Positions 27,510 to 32,000 of a DNA stretch of 32,000 nt are shown piece after piece. This DNA comes from Candidatus Omnitrophota bacterium. Its GTDB lineage: Bacteria > Omnitrophota > Gorgyraeia > Zapsychrales > JANLHA01. The notes under the pieces were generated by a model. That model made no database searches and was not told the DNA's origin. It saw only the letters and a list, made by a program, of their open reading frames with translations. Each line of letters begins with the position of its first letter. Position 1 is the first letter of the stretch. A program made the translations under genes and the position numbers. The DNA is taken from assembly GCA_963662715.1 (NCBI GenBank), contig OY759724.1, forward strand, positions 3,120,001 to 3,152,000, read 5' to 3'.

Positions 27510-27541
27510 TATCCTTTAAAATATATAGGGAGAGCTTATCG

Positions 27542-27925
27542 ATGGAAAAAAGAATTTTCTTTTATGATACGGATGCCGGGGGCGTGGTCTATTACGGGAA
27601 TTATCTGCAATATTTGGAAGAGGCCCGCACGGAATTTCTTGAAAAAAAAGGGTTAAGCGTTGCAATGTTCAAAGAGCGGGGTTTCCTCTATGCGGTCCGG
27701 AAGGTCTGTATTAACTATAAAAGTCCCGCCAGGTACGGGGACGTTCTGGAATGCACAGCGGAGCTTATAAAAATCACTGCAGCACAAATTCTTTTTTCAC
27801 AAAAAATTATTCAAAAAAATACCGGGATGTTGGTTGTGGAAGCCGAAGTGGCCTTAGCCTGTCTGAACCAGGATTTTAGGGCGACACAAATTCCGGAAGA
27901 CCTCAAAGCCTTACTCCAGAAATAG
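27542..27925 (+). CDS. Acyl-CoA thioesterase, YbgC/4HBT hotdog family
   Basis: MEKRIFFYDTDAGGVVYYGNYLQYLEEARTEFL shows the YbgC-type N-terminal catalytic Asp context. ATG at 27542 is preceded by gggaga. The ORF-track start at 27500 was rejected. Confidence 0.75.
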   Translation: MEKRIFFYDTDAGGVVYYGNYLQYLEEARTEFLEKKGLSVAMFKERGFLYAVRKVCINYKSPARYGDVLECTAELIKITAAQILFSQKIIQKNTGMLVVEAEVALACLNQDFRATQIPEDLKALLQK

Positions 27926-27984
27926 CGCTTGTTATTATTCTAGGCAGATGCTATTATTTTAAAATATATATTTAGAGGTGTCTT

Positions 27985-28269
27985 ATGATCACTAGGGAAA
28001 CAACACAACATATTGCCAATCTTGCGCGCATAAATCTCTCTGAAGAAGAACAGACCAAACTGACCAGGAACCTGGAAGACATCCTGACTTATATATCTAA
28101 ACTTGAACGTTTGGATATAACGGCTATTGAGCCCACAAGCCATGTTTTACCGCTCAAAAATGTCTTTCGGGAAGATGTCGTGGCCGCTTCTTTACCGCAA
28201 CAGGATGCCCTGAGCACGGCGATAACCCAACAGGACGGGGCTTTCACCGTCCCGCAAGTCGTTGAATGA
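27985..28269 (+). CDS. gatC: Asp/Glu-tRNA(Asn/Gln) amidotransferase subunit C
   Basis: 94 aa. HIANLARINLSEEEQTKLTRNLEDILTYISKLERLD is typical GatC. It lies upstream of gatA and gatB. Confidence 0.9.
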   Translation: MITRETTQHIANLARINLSEEEQTKLTRNLEDILTYISKLERLDITAIEPTSHVLPLKNVFREDVVAASLPQQDALSTAITQQDGAFTVPQVVE

Positions 28270-28285
28270 TGAAGGCCTGACAAAT

Positions 28286-29740
28286 ATGCCGTACAATGAA
28301 TTAACAGCGCATGACCTTAGCGAACTGCTTCAGAAAGGGGACGTAACCCCGGAGGCCGTCTATCAGGATTTACGACAACAGATCCTAAAACACGATAACT
28401 CTGTTCATGCTTACGTCCGGGTCAATGATGCGCTTTCCTTTAAAAAGGACACTGCAGATAAGAACACCTTGGCCATTCCTATTGCCGTTAAACATAATAT
28501 CTGCGTTAAAGGCGAAGAAACAGCCTGCTGCTCTAATATCCTCAAAGGCTTTAAGCCTCCGTACGACGCCACGGTTATTCAGAAGCTGAAAAACAGAGGA
28601 ATTCCCGTCCTGGGCCATACGAACATGGACGAATTTGCTTTTGGATCTTCCACGGAGAACTCCTGTTACGGCCCGACACGAAATCCCTGGAACCTGGATT
28701 GTGTCCCCGGAGGCAGCAGCGGAGGCTCAGCGGCCGCCGTTGCCGCTCAGGAAGCGATATGGGCTATCGGATCAGACACCGGAGGATCGATACGCCAACC
28801 GGCTTCTTTCTGCGGTGTTGTCGGGGTAAAACCCACTTACGGACGGGTGTCGCGTTACGGACTCATCGCTTTTGCCTCCAGTCTGGATCAAATCGGTCCG
28901 ATCACGAAAGATGTCCGGGACGCCGCTCTTTTACTTAATCTTATCGCCGGACATGATCCCCGGGATTCAACTTCAGCGGATATTCCTGTCCCCGATTATC
29001 CCGCTCTGCTGGATAAAGATCTGCACGGGTTGAAGGTCGGAATCCCTCATGAATATTTTGTGGAAGGGTTGGACCCTGAAGTTGAGACGGCCGTTAAAGA
29101 GGCTATTGAAGCGCTCAAAACATTGGGTGTGCAAACTGTGGATATTTCTCTGCCGCACACGGAATATTGCGTTGCGACTTATTATATTATCGCCACGGCT
29201 GAAGCCAGCTCCAATCTGGCCCGCTATGACGGCGTGCGTCACGGGCTGCGCTGCAGGCCGTCTCAGACACGTAAAAATTCCATCACGGATATGTTTGAAG
29301 AAACCCGGGCCCGGGGATTTGGGGAGGAATGTAAAAGACGCGTCATGCTGGGCACGTTTTCCTTATCTTCAGGGTATTATGATGCCTTTTATTTACGGGG
29401 CCAAAAGGTCCGCACGCTGATCAAGCAGGACTTTGACCGTGCTTTTAAGGAAGTGGATGCCATTGTTATGCCGACATCTCCGACAACAGCATTCAAAATC
29501 GGGGAAAAAGCCAATGATCCGCTCTCCATGTATTTATCGGATATCTATACGATTTCGGCGAATTTGAGCGGGATCCCGGCGGTCTCAATGCCTTGCGGCT
29601 TTTCCAAATCCGGGATGCCCATCGGGCTGCAAATCTGCGCCAAACCTTTTGATGAAGCCACGATGCTCCGGATGGCTTATCATTACGAGCAAAAGGCTGG
29701 CTGGTATAAACACAAGCCAGGACTGGAAGAAAAAAGATGA
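28286..29740 (+). CDS. gatA: Glu-tRNA(Gln) amidotransferase subunit A
   Basis: It carries the amidase signature GGSSGGSAAAVAA...GSDTGGSIRQPASFCGVVG. ATG at 28286 is preferred over the TTG at 28262. Confidence 0.95.
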   Translation: MPYNELTAHDLSELLQKGDVTPEAVYQDLRQQILKHDNSVHAYVRVNDALSFKKDTADKNTLAIPIAVKHNICVKGEETACCSNILKGFKPPYDATVIQKLKNRGIPVLGHTNMDEFAFGSSTENSCYGPTRNPWNLDCVPGGSSGGSAAAVAAQEAIWAIGSDTGGSIRQPASFCGVVGVKPTYGRVSRYGLIAFASSLDQIGPITKDVRDAALLLNLIAGHDPRDSTSADIPVPDYPALLDKDLHGLKVGIPHEYFVEGLDPEVETAVKEAIEALKTLGVQTVDISLPHTEYCVATYYIIATAEASSNLARYDGVRHGLRCRPSQTRKNSITDMFEETRARGFGEECKRRVMLGTFSLSSGYYDAFYLRGQKVRTLIKQDFDRAFKEVDAIVMPTSPTTAFKIGEKANDPLSMYLSDIYTISANLSGIPAVSMPCGFSKSGMPIGLQICAKPFDEATMLRMAYHYEQKAGWYKHKPGLEEKR

Positions 29741-31188
29741 CGGCAATAGAGCAAGAAAAATTCGAAACAGTGATCGGGCTTGAAGTCCATCTCCAGTTCC
29801 ACACAAAAAGCAAAATATTCTGCGCCTGTGCCAATCAGTTCGGACAAGCTCCGAACACAAACACATGCCCTGTGTGTCTGGGCCTGCCGGGAACGCTCCC
29901 GGTCCTTAATAAGACAGCTTTAGAATACGCCATAAAAGTCGGCCTGGCGCTTCACTGCGAAATTAATACCTTCATCAAATTTGACCGCAAGAACTATTAC
30001 TACCCGGATCTTCCCAAAGGATACCAGATATCTCAGTACGATTATCCGATAGGACGCAACGGGTATATCGATGTTTTGTCCGAACAAGGGGCGAAAAGAA
30101 TACGCATTCACCGGGCGCATCTTGAAGAGGATGCAGGAAAACTCATTCATGACTCTAATAATAAGCTGAGTCTGGTCGATTATAACCGCACGGGCACGCC
30201 CTTAATGGAGATCGTAAGCGAGCCGGACATGCGGGCGCCACAGGAAGCCTATGATTATTTAAACACCCTGAAACTTATCCTGCAATATTTGCGGGTTTCT
30301 GACTGCGATATGGAAAAGGGGAGTTTACGGTGTGACGCCAATATTTCCCTCAGGCCGGCCGGGGAAACAAAACTCGGCGTCAAATCAGAAATCAAAAACC
30401 TGAACTCATTCCGGGCCGTAAAGGCGGCTCTGGAATATGAAGTGACCCGCCACCAACGCCTGTTGCTGGCCGGCAAGCCGGTTGTTCAGGAAACAAGGCT
30501 CTGGGATGAACAGGAGCAAGTCACGCATGCCATGAGAAGCAAGGAAGAAGCCCACGATTACCGCTATTTTCCGGAACCGGATCTGGTGCCTTTCACGGCA
30601 TCGAAAAATGTTGTGGAGGACATCCGCCAGTCGTTACCGGAAGCCCCGCAGGACAAACTGGCCCGTTTGAAAAAACAATATGAACTGGCTGATTATGATG
30701 CTAATATTCTTGTTCAGGATCCGGATCTGTCTGATTTTTTTGAAGAATGCGCAAAAGGATTTAAATCCTATAAAAAAATATGCAACTGGATCAACGGCCC
30801 GGTCTTGCAGGAAATGAACCAAAAGAAGACCTCTTTGGCCGATTTGAACCTTTCAGCAAAAAACTTTATTGAACTTATAGAAAAAGTTGAAGAAGGGACG
30901 GTGAGTCAACTCGTTGGAAAAGACATATTCAAGAAAATGCTGGACACCGGACGCGCCGCGTCAGAAATTATCGAGTCCGAAGGTCTGGCACAGGTTTCTG
31001 ACCACAAGGCATTGGAACGCTTTGTGGATCAGGTGATTGCCAATAATGCCAAAGCCGCGCAAGAAATCAAAGACGGAAAGATGCAGGCATTAGGATTTTT
31101 GATCGGACAAACCATGAAACTCACTCAAGGCAAAGCCAACCCCAAAATGCTGGGGGATCTTATAAAAAGGAGGCTTCTCGATGGCTAA
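29737..31188 (+). CDS. gatB: Asp/Glu-tRNA(Asn/Gln) amidotransferase subunit B
   Basis: FETVIGLEVHLQ, CPVCLGLPGTLPVLN, HLEEDAGK and LRCDANISLR are present, with a C-terminal YqeY-like tail. It has an ATGA overlap with gatA. Confidence 0.95.
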   Translation: MTAIEQEKFETVIGLEVHLQFHTKSKIFCACANQFGQAPNTNTCPVCLGLPGTLPVLNKTALEYAIKVGLALHCEINTFIKFDRKNYYYPDLPKGYQISQYDYPIGRNGYIDVLSEQGAKRIRIHRAHLEEDAGKLIHDSNNKLSLVDYNRTGTPLMEIVSEPDMRAPQEAYDYLNTLKLILQYLRVSDCDMEKGSLRCDANISLRPAGETKLGVKSEIKNLNSFRAVKAALEYEVTRHQRLLLAGKPVVQETRLWDEQEQVTHAMRSKEEAHDYRYFPEPDLVPFTASKNVVEDIRQSLPEAPQDKLARLKKQYELADYDANILVQDPDLSDFFEECAKGFKSYKKICNWINGPVLQEMNQKKTSLADLNLSAKNFIELIEKVEEGTVSQLVGKDIFKKMLDTGRAASEIIESEGLAQVSDHKALERFVDQVIANNAKAAQEIKDGKMQALGFLIGQTMKLTQGKANPKMLGDLIKRRLLDG

Positions 31189-32000
31189 AAAGTTTTTTTC
31201 TGTGTTTTTGGGATTATCTTTGATCCTGTTTTTTTCTTCTCTCGCTGTTTCCCAAATGGATGCATCAAAAAAGATTGACGACCTCTATTCTCAAATAGAG
31301 ATATTCAGTTATGCTTTAACGACTATTCAATCAGAATACGTGGACGAAAAAAAACCTCAGGATATCATTTACGGGGCCTTGTCAGGGATGTTAGCTTCTC
31401 TGGATCCGCATTCACAATTTCTCACTCCGGAGGACTACCTGGATCTTAAAACCGAAACCCAGGGGAAATTCGGAGGCTTAGGGATCGAGATTTCCATCAA
31501 GGACGGATTATTAACAATTATCAGCCCTATCGAGGGGACGCCGGCCTGGGAGGCGGGATTAAAAGCCGGGGATATTATTGTTAAGATAGAAGATGAAATC
31601 ACAAAAAATATTACGCTGGGGGACGCGGTCAAGAAATTAAGAGGGGAGCCGGGAGAACCGGTCACGATCACCATCCTCCGCGAAAAAGAATTTAAAATTG
31701 AAGATTATACCATCGTAAGAGAAATCATTCAGATTCAGGATATCAAAGACACACAAATCCTGGAAGATAATATCGGATATATTCGCCTCACAGAATTCCG
31801 GGAAGATACCCATAAAGAATTTCAGAAAGCCATCGTTGAATTGCGGGAACAAAATGCCGACAGTCTCATACTGGACCTCCGAAACAATCCCGGAGGATTG
31901 TTAAACGCGGCTATTGACTGCACGGACGAGTTATTAGCACCGGGGCTGATGATTGTTTCGACAAAAGGCCGCCGTCTATCCCAAAACCTGGAAACAAAAT
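31181..32000 (+). CDS. Carboxy-terminal processing protease (S41 family), N-terminal part; continues past the window end
   Basis: This ORF is absent from the supplied ORF track because no stop falls in the window. My translation is MAKKFFSVFLGLSLILFF... (signal), YGALSGMLASLDPHSQFL, GKFGGLGIEI, PDZ GTPAWEAGLKAGDIIVKI and YIRLTEF...LILDLRNNPGGLL. The start overlaps the gatB stop by 8 nt. Confidence 0.85.
   Translation, partial: MAKKFFSVFLGLSLILFFSSLAVSQMDASKKIDDLYSQIEIFSYALTTIQSEYVDEKKPQDIIYGALSGMLASLDPHSQFLTPEDYLDLKTETQGKFGGLGIEISIKDGLLTIISPIEGTPAWEAGLKAGDIIVKIEDEITKNITLGDAVKKLRGEPGEPVTITILREKEFKIEDYTIVREIIQIQDIKDTQILEDNIGYIRLTEFREDTHKEFQKAIVELREQNADSLILDLRNNPGGLLNAAIDCTDELLAPGLMIVSTKGRRLSQNLETK

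Overview
Dense, almost one-directional bacterial chromosome segment; only two genes lie on the minus strand, and many gene junctions overlap in ATGA style. Most of it is core housekeeping. This includes rsmE, a GT-C/TPR membrane glycosyltransferase, recA, htrA, alaS, hisD-B-H-A-F-I with trpE and rpsP attached, yajC-secDF, a short mfd, surA-like/pdxA/rsmA, gatCAB and a partial ctpA. SurA, HtrA and SecDF suggest a diderm-type envelope, but no lineage can be assigned from sequence alone. The only accessory-looking part is the first ~5.2 kb. It holds the 3' end of a GspE/PilB-type ATPase, a PilC/GspF platform gene and five consecutive prepilin-like genes, followed by a convergent membrane-anchored degenerate receiver protein. 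The most interesting signal is in the 338-nt gap between the platform gene and the first pilin. There I read a promoter-like site, an ~84-nt element that matches the c-di-GMP-I (GEMM) riboswitch architecture by eye, and a strong intrinsic terminator. A stand-alone PilZ protein (RxxxR / DxSxxG) at 26.9-27.35 kb is a second c-di-GMP-linked element. I saw no CRISPR array, transposase, integrase, phage genes or recognisable defence system. The riboswitch call and all promoter calls are manual and need covariance-model or experimental confirmation.
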